26,534 nt of DNA, from contig SLEW01000002.1 of NCBI GenBank assembly GCA_007124575.1, forward strand, positions 1 through 26,534. The letters run 5' to 3'. Below the pieces are notes generated by a model, which made no database searches, had not been told where the DNA came from, and was given only the letters and a program-made list of their open reading frames with translations. The position numbers were made by a program, and so were the translations under genes. The stretch's first letter is position 1. Each line of letters opens with the position of its first letter. Origin of the DNA: Bacteroidales bacterium (GTDB lineage: Bacteria; Bacteroidota; Bacteroidia; Bacteroidales; UBA7960). Shown here in pieces: positions 1 through 7,971 of this stretch.

Positions 1-106
1 TAACGATCCGGATATTGCCGGAAGGCCATACCATGGAAAGCTCATTTTCTCCCAGTGATGAGGGAATAAGATATAATGTGCCGGTTTGCGGGTTATTTTT
101 GTGCAT
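1..106 (-). CDS. SAM-dependent methyltransferase, RsmI/tetrapyrrole-methylase-like; N-terminal fragment running off the window edge
   Basis: Hand translation from ATG at 106 gives MHKNNPQTGTLYLIPSSLGENELSMVWPSGNIRIV. GxLYLIPxxLGE is the typical N-terminus of the Bacteroidota RsmI-like methylase. It starts 10 bp after the upstream stop. Not in the ORF track because it is truncated. Confidence 0.7.
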   Translation of the reverse strand, partial: MHKNNPQTGTLYLIPSSLGENELSMVWPSGNIRIV

Positions 107-116
107 AATGGCTCTT

Positions 117-1100
117 TTAATGAATGCTGCCCGGCTCTTCCAGCCAGGGTAGCCTGGCAAGATCCACATTGCCGCCAGACAGAATGATGGCCACGCGCTT
201 GTTTCTGAAAGGCCCCGGATTATCAAATATGCAGGCCAGGGGAACAGCAGCACTTGGCTCCACTATGATCTTCATCCGCTCCCAGATGAGGTGCATGGCA
301 CAAATGATGCTTTCTTCACTGACGGTGAGAATGTCCTTAACGCCTTCCATGATAATGGGATAGGTTTTGCTGCCCAGCGAAGTACGCAGCCCGTCTGCTA
401 TAGTCTGTGGCTTCTCCGAGGGGATAAAGCGACCCTGGCGAAAGCTTTGATACGCATCATCGGCCTTTTCCGGCTCCGCTGCGTATACAAGAGTTTTTGG
501 TGAGAAATATTTGGTGCTGAGGATGCTGCCACTTAGCAAGCCACCACCACCCACCGGTACCAGCAGGATGTCGGGCTCAGCAATGTCTTCATAAATTTCA
601 GCTGCAGCAGAAGCCTGACCTGCAATGATACGGTAGTCGTTATATGGATGTACCTCCATGGCACCGGTCTCTTTGACTACCTTCTCCAGCGTGGCCTCAC
701 GGTCGGACAGGGTAGGGGCACAGAAACGAATTTTCCCGCCATAATTATTAACGGCAGAAACCTTAATCTTTGGTGCACTCTCCGGCATTACAATATGAGC
801 AGTGATACCACGCATGCGGGCCGCGAGAGATAATGCCTGGGCATGGTTGCCCGATGAGTGCGTCGCTACACCCCGGAACAACTGGCTGTCAGACAGACCC
901 ATCACAGCATTACTGGCCCCCCTGAATTTAAAGGCCCCGCCCTTCTGGAAGTTCTCGCATTTGAAAAAAAGCCTGCTCCCGGTCATGCCGTCCAATGTGG
1001 AACAAGTCATCACAGGAGTCCGGTGGATATAAGGCCGAATTAACTTTCTCGCTTCCTTAATCTGTTGTTTGTCAGGCAATGTATCTTGACTAAATCCCAT
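117..1100 (-). CDS. PLP-dependent fold-type II serine/threonine dehydratase, serine racemase-like
   Basis: PLP-lysine motif FFKCENFQKGGAFKFRGA, THSSGNHAQA, PVGGGGLLSG, AEPEKADD and C-terminal LSGGNVD. No ACT regulatory domain (327 aa). Confidence 0.9.
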   Translation of the reverse strand: MGFSQDTLPDKQQIKEARKLIRPYIHRTPVMTCSTLDGMTGSRLFFKCENFQKGGAFKFRGASNAVMGLSDSQLFRGVATHSSGNHAQALSLAARMRGITAHIVMPESAPKIKVSAVNNYGGKIRFCAPTLSDREATLEKVVKETGAMEVHPYNDYRIIAGQASAAAEIYEDIAEPDILLVPVGGGGLLSGSILSTKYFSPKTLVYAAEPEKADDAYQSFRQGRFIPSEKPQTIADGLRTSLGSKTYPIIMEGVKDILTVSEESIICAMHLIWERMKIIVEPSAAVPLACIFDNPGPFRNKRVAIILSGGNVDLARLPWLEEPGSIH

Positions 1101-1115
1101 GATACGTTCGTGATG

Positions 1116-1583
1116 TCAGGATTGTTGGGAACGGATATTTTCCACGATCTTGTAACAGCTGGCATTAAGCATATCGTAAACATTTTTAAAACCGTCCCTT
1201 CCTCCATAATAAGGATCCGGTACTGGCCGGTTTTCTTCGGGATAAACCTCATTAAGTATTAGATCCACCTTACCAGCTTCTTCCTGATCAGCAGCGAGCG
1301 CAACAACGTCCTGGTAATTATTGCTGTCCATGACGTATATCTTATCGAAAATGTCGAAGTCGGACACCTCGAACTGCCTGGCCCTTTGCTTGGAAATATC
1401 GATACCGTGCTTGCTTGCTATTTCCTGTGAACGAAGATCCGGAGGTTCTCCCACATGATAGGCTGCTGTTCCTGCTGAATCAACTCGGACATCCAGCCCT
1501 GCTTCTTCCGCCCTTGCTCTCATGATGCCCTCCGCAAGAGGCGAACGGCATATATTCCCCAAACAAACCATCAGTATACGCAT
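1116..1583 (-). CDS. Low-molecular-weight protein-tyrosine phosphatase
   Basis: P-loop VCLGNICRSPLAE, DSAGT and DPYYG motifs; 155 aa. Confidence 0.95.
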   Translation of the reverse strand: MRILMVCLGNICRSPLAEGIMRARAEEAGLDVRVDSAGTAAYHVGEPPDLRSQEIASKHGIDISKQRARQFEVSDFDIFDKIYVMDSNNYQDVVALAADQEEAGKVDLILNEVYPEENRPVPDPYYGGRDGFKNVYDMLNASCYKIVENIRSQQS

Positions 1584-1621
1584 AGTAAAAATATATTTCG
1601 GTAAGTAGTCGTGGTAATTTT

Positions 1622-3073
1622 CTAGGTGACTTTGATGATGCTCTCAATTTCATCCACGTACCTTTTGAATCGCTTATCTGTATCCAGAAGGTTCCGGACT
1701 GTTTTGCAGGCATGCAATACGGTAGCGTGGTCCTTGTTGCCGCATTTATTGCCAATCACTGCCAGGGAAGATTTGGTGTAAAGCTTGGAAAAGTACATGG
1801 CCAGCTGCCTTACTTGTACGGTTTCCCTCTTGCGGCTCTTGGATTTAAGCTTATCCAGCGGGATGTCAAAATACTGACAAACGGTTTTTTGAATGTAATC
1901 GATGGTGACCTCCTGAGGTGCATGTTTGACAAACTTCTCTATTACCTGGGAAGCAAGCTTAAGATTGATGTCTTTCTTGTTCATGGATGATTGTGCCAAA
2001 ATAGAAATCAACGCACCCTCCATCTCCCTGACATTGGTGTTGATCTTGCTGCTGATAAGCTCCAGCACTTCCTGGGGCATTTCAACTCCATCGTTGAGTA
2101 TCTTCTTCTGAAGAATAGCCATTCGTGTTTCAAAATCGGGCACCTGCAAATCAGCCGATAGCCCCCACTTAAACCTGGACAGCAGGCGTGGTTCAATACC
2201 ACTCATCTCAACAGGAGGCTGATCGCTGGTGATCACAATCTGTTTGCCGTTTTGATGGAGATAGTTAAAAAGATGAAAAAATACATCCTGCGTTTTAGGT
2301 TTCCCGGCAAGACAATGGATGTCATCCACAACCAAAACATCGATCATGTGGTAAAAATGAACAAAGTCGTTTTGGTTGTTATTGCGTATTGAGTCGATAA
2401 ACTGGTTGGTAAATTGCTCTGCTGTTACATACAATACCGTCTTTTCAGGATAGTGGGTTTTTACCTCGATGCCAATGGCATGCGCCAGGTGTGTCTTTCC
2501 AAGACCATTGCCACTATATAAGAGTAATGGATTGAATGAGGTTTTCCCCGGGTTTTGCCCGACAGCCAGTCCGGCACTTCTGGCCAGCCGGTTACAGTCA
2601 CCCTGGATGAAATTGTCAAAGTTGTAAGAGTCAATTAGCTGCGGATGAATGTTAAGTTTCTTAAGCCCGGGAATGACAAATGGATTGGGAACCGTCTTGG
2701 ACTCCACAGAATCCTTGTTCAATTCAATGGGAATATTGATGGGCGGGTTCTTAAGAGCTTTCTTGTTCAGTGTGGGCGCATGAACAGTGAAGGGCTGGTT
2801 GTGCTGCCTGGATAAGGTATTGTCCATGATGATGCTGTATTCCAATCTGCCTTCCGGCCCCAATTCCTTTTTAATGGTCTTTTTGAGCAAATCAATATAG
2901 TGTTCCTCCAGCCATTCATAAAAAAACTGACTGGGAACCTGAAGAGTAAGAACATTTTCTTTCAGACGAACCGGCTTGATGGGCGCAAACCATGTTTTAA
3001 ACGCACTTGGACTGATGTTGTCCTTGATGACAGTTAAACATTGCGACCATACCTTTTCGTAAATCTGATCCAT
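1622..3073 (-). CDS. dnaA: Chromosomal replication initiator DnaA
   Basis: Domain I WxxCLxxI...FKTWF...VPSQFFYEW, Walker A SGNGLGKTH, Walker B VVDDI, RLLSRF, NVREMEGAL, and domain IV RQLAMY...DHATVLHA. Start moved from the ORF-track position to ATG 3073 (MDQIYEKVW, 483 aa). Confidence 0.97.
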   Translation of the reverse strand: MDQIYEKVWSQCLTVIKDNISPSAFKTWFAPIKPVRLKENVLTLQVPSQFFYEWLEEHYIDLLKKTIKKELGPEGRLEYSIIMDNTLSRQHNQPFTVHAPTLNKKALKNPPINIPIELNKDSVESKTVPNPFVIPGLKKLNIHPQLIDSYNFDNFIQGDCNRLARSAGLAVGQNPGKTSFNPLLLYSGNGLGKTHLAHAIGIEVKTHYPEKTVLYVTAEQFTNQFIDSIRNNNQNDFVHFYHMIDVLVVDDIHCLAGKPKTQDVFFHLFNYLHQNGKQIVITSDQPPVEMSGIEPRLLSRFKWGLSADLQVPDFETRMAILQKKILNDGVEMPQEVLELISSKINTNVREMEGALISILAQSSMNKKDINLKLASQVIEKFVKHAPQEVTIDYIQKTVCQYFDIPLDKLKSKSRKRETVQVRQLAMYFSKLYTKSSLAVIGNKCGNKDHATVLHACKTVRNLLDTDKRFKRYVDEIESIIKVT

Positions 3074-3161
3074 TCGTTGTTTTGGTTTTGGTGGTATTCG
3101 TAAGCAAAAATCCTCGACTTTGAATATCAAGGGTTAAGAAATGGAGCTTGAGCGTGTTTGG

Positions 3162-3195
3162 TTATTAACAAAAATGACCCAAAAAAAGTTAATAA
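3162..3195. promoter_or_regulatory. Inverted pair of DnaA-box-like 9-mers upstream of dnaA
   Basis: TTATTAACA at 3162-3170 (1 mismatch to TTATNCACA) and TTATTAACT on the minus strand at 3187-3195 (2 mismatches). They form an 8-bp inverted repeat, TTATTAAC-N18-GTTAATAA. Confidence 0.4.
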
Positions 3196-3220
3196 AAAAA
3201 TGTTTCAGCTCTTGTTTTTG

Positions 3221-4138
3221 TCATATTTTTATTGTATTGGATTCGACTAAATTATTTTCACCATCACGGTCAAAGTATACTTCCAGACGTCCGGCATATG
3301 CTCCACCATATCCGGCCTGGGCAATAGTGACATTTTTACCGGCGCGGTTAGTTACTGTTGCCGGCGGGTCAAGCAAGTTATGCGTATGCCCGCCAATAAT
3401 GACATGGGTAAGCGCAGTAGCTTCTGCTACCTTTATATCGCTCACTTTGCCATCCTCATAATCATATCCGAGATGCGAAAGACAAATGATAAGGTCGCAT
3501 CCATAATCATTTTTTAATTTTTGCTCGGTTTCCCTGGCGATTTTAATAGGGTCGTGGTAAACGGTGCCTTCATAAAGATTGCGGCTAACCAGCCCTTCCA
3601 GCTCAATGCCCAGTCCATACAGGCCTATTTTCAGGCCGTTTCTTTCGATTACGTGATAATCTTTGACCTTGCCTGCTAATATGGTGGCGCTGAAATCATA
3701 ATTGGCAGCCAGAAATGGAAAATCAGCATATGGCAGCACCTCCAGAAAACCGTCCATGCCATTATCAAACTCATGATTGCCAAAAGCTACGGCGTCATAT
3801 CCCATCTTGCTCATCAGCTTCAGTTCGGGTTTGCCGCCATACATGTTAAAGTATGGAGTACCCTGAAATACGTCTCCCGCATCCAGCAGCAGCAGATTGG
3901 GATCTTTCTCCCGCTCCCGGTTGATCAGTGCTGCCCGGCGTGCGTAACCGCCCATTCCCGGATAATCAGGATCTCCTTCAGGATATGGATCCAGACGGCT
4001 GTGGGTATCATTGGTATGAATGATGGTAATTTTATTGAGTCCTGCATGGCGCAGGGAAAGTGCCGGCAGGCCTGCCAGAGCGGCGGCCCCGGCGACACCC
4101 AGGGTTTTCAGAAATCGTCTTCGGTTAAGTTTTTGCAT
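3221..4138 (-). CDS. 5'-nucleotidase-type metallophosphoesterase domain protein with Tat signal
   Basis: Twin-arginine signal NRRRFLK plus hydrophobic stretch. Calcineurin-like motifs HTNDTHS, DAGD, GNHEFD, LSHLG and GGHTH. No C-terminal 5'-nucleotidase domain. Confidence 0.9.
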   Translation of the reverse strand: MQKLNRRRFLKTLGVAGAAALAGLPALSLRHAGLNKITIIHTNDTHSRLDPYPEGDPDYPGMGGYARRAALINREREKDPNLLLLDAGDVFQGTPYFNMYGGKPELKLMSKMGYDAVAFGNHEFDNGMDGFLEVLPYADFPFLAANYDFSATILAGKVKDYHVIERNGLKIGLYGLGIELEGLVSRNLYEGTVYHDPIKIARETEQKLKNDYGCDLIICLSHLGYDYEDGKVSDIKVAEATALTHVIIGGHTHNLLDPPATVTNRAGKNVTIAQAGYGGAYAGRLEVYFDRDGENNLVESNTIKI

Positions 4139-4140
4139 AA

Positions 4141-4914
4141 CTATTTAATGGTAATGCGTCCGTCAAGTTCACTGCCTATGGGTTCTCCCTGTTCATCTTT
4201 CTCAATGCAATATGCGATAATCGCATCCCTGATTCTTTTTCCCAGCATCTCTTCATCCTCCGGGTCGAGAAAAAACCACATGTCATCACCACCACCGGCC
4301 AGGTAATCCGAAGTCAGAATTTTGTAGTGGCGACTGTCATCGAAGGGCTCCCCCTGTATGTATACTTCTTCTACTTCACGATCTCGCACGGTCAGTTCAA
4401 TACCGCTAACCGGCATGCCTCTTTCAGCCGCGGCCAGGTATTCAAATGCCTCCCAGGTTTTTTCAGGAGTGAGGGTGAGTACGATCATCTCATTTTCAAA
4501 TGGCATCAGCTCAAAGATGTTAGCCCTTGTAACAGGACCTTCAGGCAAGGGTGCACGCAAACCACCATAGTTCAAAAGAGTAAAATCAATAGGTTTCTCA
4601 TCGTCGGGCATATAAAGATCACGTCCCTTCTTCATGATCAGATCTGCTACGAAGTTGTTAAGAAGCCCTTCAGGCGTCCCACGCTCCATGCGATGTTTTG
4701 AATGCGCCAGGACAACCTCCATCTCCGCCTCCATACTTTCCCTGTATATAGAGATGATCGAATCAACAGCATGGTCCTTCTCCGGAACATGTTCGCTGTC
4801 TATCGGAATGAGTTCACCTTCAACGTGAACAAGAGCCTCCGGCTGCCCGCATGATGCAAAAAATAAGAGTAAAAAAAAGCCTGTACCGATTAAGGAATTT
4901 CGGTTCCTGAACAT
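4141..4914 (-). CDS. 5'-nucleotidase C-terminal (substrate-binding) domain lipoprotein
   Basis: Lipobox LLLFFASC, NYGGLRAPL, IFELMPFEN, TSDYLAGGGD. Start moved to ATG 4914 (MFRNRN). It ends 2 bp before the phosphoesterase gene. Confidence 0.85.
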   Translation of the reverse strand: MFRNRNSLIGTGFFLLLFFASCGQPEALVHVEGELIPIDSEHVPEKDHAVDSIISIYRESMEAEMEVVLAHSKHRMERGTPEGLLNNFVADLIMKKGRDLYMPDDEKPIDFTLLNYGGLRAPLPEGPVTRANIFELMPFENEMIVLTLTPEKTWEAFEYLAAAERGMPVSGIELTVRDREVEEVYIQGEPFDDSRHYKILTSDYLAGGGDDMWFFLDPEDEEMLGKRIRDAIIAYCIEKDEQGEPIGSELDGRITIK

Positions 4915-5036
4915 GCTATTACTACGTTTAGTGGAAACAATAAGTAGCAATATTAAGACTTATTCTTCAAAAAAACAACAGACCGGAAAAGAAAAAATTT
5001 AATTATAAAAAGTCTCTTTAAACAAAGGTTTAGCAA

Positions 5037-5657
5037 TCAGCGTGTACGCAAAAATTTTATGGTAACATCCCTGAGTAAATTAATTTGTTCCACCACCCTG
5101 TCTGCTTCTTTTTGTCTTACGGAAAAATCAATGCGGCACGACATGCCAAAGTCATGTGCTGATTGTGGCAGATCAAACTCTTTCATGATGCGCATTACAT
5201 CGTTCATTGCAGGATATTCAAAGTACACACTGTAATAATCCCGTATGGTTTTGGTTACTATCTTATTGTTTTCAATAGCTTCCCTGGCGGCACCCTTGTA
5301 AGCATTGATCAGGCCCCTCACGCCCAGTTTGGTACCACCAAAATACCTGATTACCACAATGAGTGCATGGCATAATTCATATGACCGGAGTTGTCCCCAG
5401 ATGGGTTTTCCTGCTGTTCCGGAAGGCTCTCCGTCATCATTGAACTTATGTTGTTCCTGGTTATAGCCCAACACCCAGGCATAACAGTGGTGACGGGCAT
5501 CATGATAGGATTTTTTGACTTCATCAAGTATCTCTTTGATCTGATCTTCATCCTGCACAGGGAACGCCAGGGCAATAAATTTGCTGCCTTTATCCTTAAA
5601 TAAACCCGTGGATTTTTTGGTTATTGTTTTGTACGTGTCTGATTGATTATTTCCCAT
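5037..5657 (-). CDS. yigZ: YigZ/IMPACT family protein
   Basis: KGSKFIA, ARHHCYAW, DDGEPSGTAGKP, VIRYFGGTKLGVRGLINAY. Start moved to ATG 5657, 4 bp after the ribD stop. Confidence 0.92.
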   Translation of the reverse strand: MGNNQSDTYKTITKKSTGLFKDKGSKFIALAFPVQDEDQIKEILDEVKKSYHDARHHCYAWVLGYNQEQHKFNDDGEPSGTAGKPIWGQLRSYELCHALIVVIRYFGGTKLGVRGLINAYKGAAREAIENNKIVTKTIRDYYSVYFEYPAMNDVMRIMKEFDLPQSAHDFGMSCRIDFSVRQKEADRVVEQINLLRDVTIKFLRTR

Positions 5658-5661
5658 ACTT

Positions 5662-6717
5662 TTATGCTGCACCGGGATTTGTAAAACTATAGAAACACTC
5701 ATTTCCAATGATAGTATATGACATGTTGCCAGGCTCATACAATACGGGTGCAGGCACCCCTTTGCCAAAAAAATGTGCCCCTGTAAAGATTCTGGCTTCA
5801 TCCCACAGGTTCTTATCTATGAGGCTTTGGAGAAGATGGCGGCCACCTTCAACGATCATCGACTGGTGATTTCCACGGTAGAGCCTGGCCATCAGCTGAT
5901 CAAGCAATAAATCGTCGAACAGGATCTTCCAGTATTGTGTGCTGCCAGCGGTTTTCTCAATCTTTTCGTTGACAATGATGGTTGGCTGGCTGTTGTCCAG
6001 CAAGTTGAGATTCGCCGGGAGTGCGAGCTCCTGGTCAAGCACAATACGCAACGGATTTTCACCATGCCAGTCGCGAACATTCAGATGGGGGTTGTCTTTC
6101 ATCGCAGTCTGGGTGCCTACCATGATAACCGGCTCCTGCGTGCGCCATTTGTGCACCAGCATGCGCAACTTTTCGCTGGTGATCCATGTTGGCCTCTTCA
6201 CTGCGCCGGGCACCCGTTCAGCATCAATAAAACCATCAGCCGTTTGTGCCCATTTAAGGATAATGTAGGGTCGCTTCTTTTCGTGAAAGGTAAAAAATCG
6301 CTTATTGAGGTCCCTGCATGCATCCTTCATCACGCCTACCACCACTTCACAGCCACGGGATCTCAAACGCGCAATACCCTTACCCGCTACCGCATCGAAA
6401 GGATCTGCTGTACCAATAACTACCCTGGGAATCTTATTCTCCAGGATCAGATCCGTACAGGGGGGTGTCTTACCATGATGACAGCAGGGTTCCAGGCTAA
6501 CATATAAAGTGGATTCCCGCAACCTCCATATATCTTTCACTGACTGTATTGCGTGTACCTCAGCGTGTGCTTCCCCGTAACGGTGGTGGTAACCTTCGCC
6601 CACAATCCTTTTGTTGTGTACTACTACCGCACCCACCATAGGGTTAGGCGACACTTTGCCTAATCCCCCGCGGGCCAGATCCACGCATCGCTGCATGTAT
6701 AACTCATCTATACTCAT
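5662..6717 (-). CDS. ribD: Bifunctional diaminohydroxyphosphoribosylaminopyrimidine deaminase / reductase RibD
   Basis: SPNPMVGAV, HAE, Zn motif LEPCCHHGKTPPC, LKWAQTADG, GTQTAMKDNP, VEGG. Confidence 0.96.
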   Translation of the reverse strand: MSIDELYMQRCVDLARGGLGKVSPNPMVGAVVVHNKRIVGEGYHHRYGEAHAEVHAIQSVKDIWRLRESTLYVSLEPCCHHGKTPPCTDLILENKIPRVVIGTADPFDAVAGKGIARLRSRGCEVVVGVMKDACRDLNKRFFTFHEKKRPYIILKWAQTADGFIDAERVPGAVKRPTWITSEKLRMLVHKWRTQEPVIMVGTQTAMKDNPHLNVRDWHGENPLRIVLDQELALPANLNLLDNSQPTIIVNEKIEKTAGSTQYWKILFDDLLLDQLMARLYRGNHQSMIVEGGRHLLQSLIDKNLWDEARIFTGAHFFGKGVPAPVLYEPGNMSYTIIGNECFYSFTNPGAA

Positions 6718-6763
6718 GTGTCACACCTGTTTTGCAATTAAATAAAAACCACGAATGCCAATC

Positions 6764-7948
6764 CTAAATATACTTCAAACTAACCTCTTTGAGAAATTTC
6801 TCTTCCAGCATTCGTGCGATTTTTTTCATCACCGACCGTCTGATCTCCAGTTCCACTGGCAGGTTGGGGTCCTGATGTGCCACATTGACGGCCGTTCCTG
6901 CCACAAGATGTATGGCATCACTTTCCAGGATCTGCTTTACGATAAGGTCTGCCGGGCCCTTTCCCAGCTCTGTACGGGGGCTGTATTTATCAAGGATTTC
7001 GGCAGTTTTGCTAAGGGTAAGAATGCCTTCGGTTACCAGATCCACCCCGGGCATGAAAGAAACAGGCGGAAGGTCGGGATCATCAAGTTCGAGGGTGTCT
7101 TCAATGGGAATATTCAGCTCACGGCTCACGATATCTGCGGTTGTGCCACCACTAAGGATTTTATTTCCTTTAAAGTTTTTCACCAGTTCAGCAAGTTCCT
7201 TATCCTTTTTCTTCTCAAAGGGTGGGCCACTGCAAAGAAGAAGATGTCGGGGTTCACGAAAATAGATAACAGCAGCACTTGTATCATCCTTGGCCTGGTA
7301 GCCATCGTTGGAATGCGCTTTGTTCACCACCAATGCAGCCAGCTTTCCGGCAGCAATGCCGGGCTTGTCTTTTACCAGAGACAGAACATGTTCGCGCACG
7401 TTCTCATATCCCCAGCCAAGAAGGTATTTCCCCTTGCCAAGCCCTGACTGGGTGATGCCATCTGTCATCAAAAGGATACGATCCTCTTTTTGTGCTTTGA
7501 ACGTGCATGCCCTCAGCTCCTTTTGCGATTTGTCATCGGCTTCAAGCGTAATATACTGCCATTCAGGATCTAAAACATCTTCTTTGCGCAATACCAGGGC
7601 ATCGGGATTATCGTAGTTCAGAATGGTACACTGGCCCTCCTTGTCAATGTCCACAATGGTAAAGGTCGCATAACTGATCCTTCTTTCACTGCAAACCGGA
7701 AGGGTGTTCATGATGATGTCGGCGATCTTGTGGGCATCCTTATGTTCTTTGGTGAAATTCAGTGCCATGGTGGCAGTAAGCGTGGCAAGCAAATTCGCTT
7801 TCACACCGTGTCCCATGCCATCGGAAAGCACTACCACCGTCCGGCCTTCCTCCCTGACCTTCTCCGATAAAAACATATCTCCGCATATACGCTCTCCCAG
7901 ATGATTGCGCTGCGATGACCCCACTTCTATATAAAAACTATCTTCCAT
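6764..7948 (-). CDS. SpoIIE/PP2C-family Ser/Thr phosphatase with an extra C-terminal domain, HfsC-like
   Basis: PP2C metal-binding motifs CGD, LSDGMGHG, MTDG and DDTS are all present, followed by a ~165-aa domain (GGTTA, VDLVTEGILTL). It lies 23 bp downstream of a PAS-containing hydrogenase-like gene, as in hfsABC clusters. Confidence 0.88.
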   Translation of the reverse strand: MEDSFYIEVGSSQRNHLGERICGDMFLSEKVREEGRTVVVLSDGMGHGVKANLLATLTATMALNFTKEHKDAHKIADIIMNTLPVCSERRISYATFTIVDIDKEGQCTILNYDNPDALVLRKEDVLDPEWQYITLEADDKSQKELRACTFKAQKEDRILLMTDGITQSGLGKGKYLLGWGYENVREHVLSLVKDKPGIAAGKLAALVVNKAHSNDGYQAKDDTSAAVIYFREPRHLLLCSGPPFEKKKDKELAELVKNFKGNKILSGGTTADIVSRELNIPIEDTLELDDPDLPPVSFMPGVDLVTEGILTLSKTAEILDKYSPRTELGKGPADLIVKQILESDAIHLVAGTAVNVAHQDPNLPVELEIRRSVMKKIARMLEEKFLKEVSLKYI

Positions 7949-7971
7949 ACCGGTAGCTTACCTGCGATAGA

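Noticed and set aside
3074-3220. Possible oriC next to dnaA
   Set aside because: The gap is only 147 bp with two imperfect boxes and no clear unwinding-element repeats. It is kept only as a possible autoregulatory site.
6718-6763. FMN riboswitch upstream of ribD
   Set aside because: The 46-bp gap is far too short and has no RFN consensus elements.
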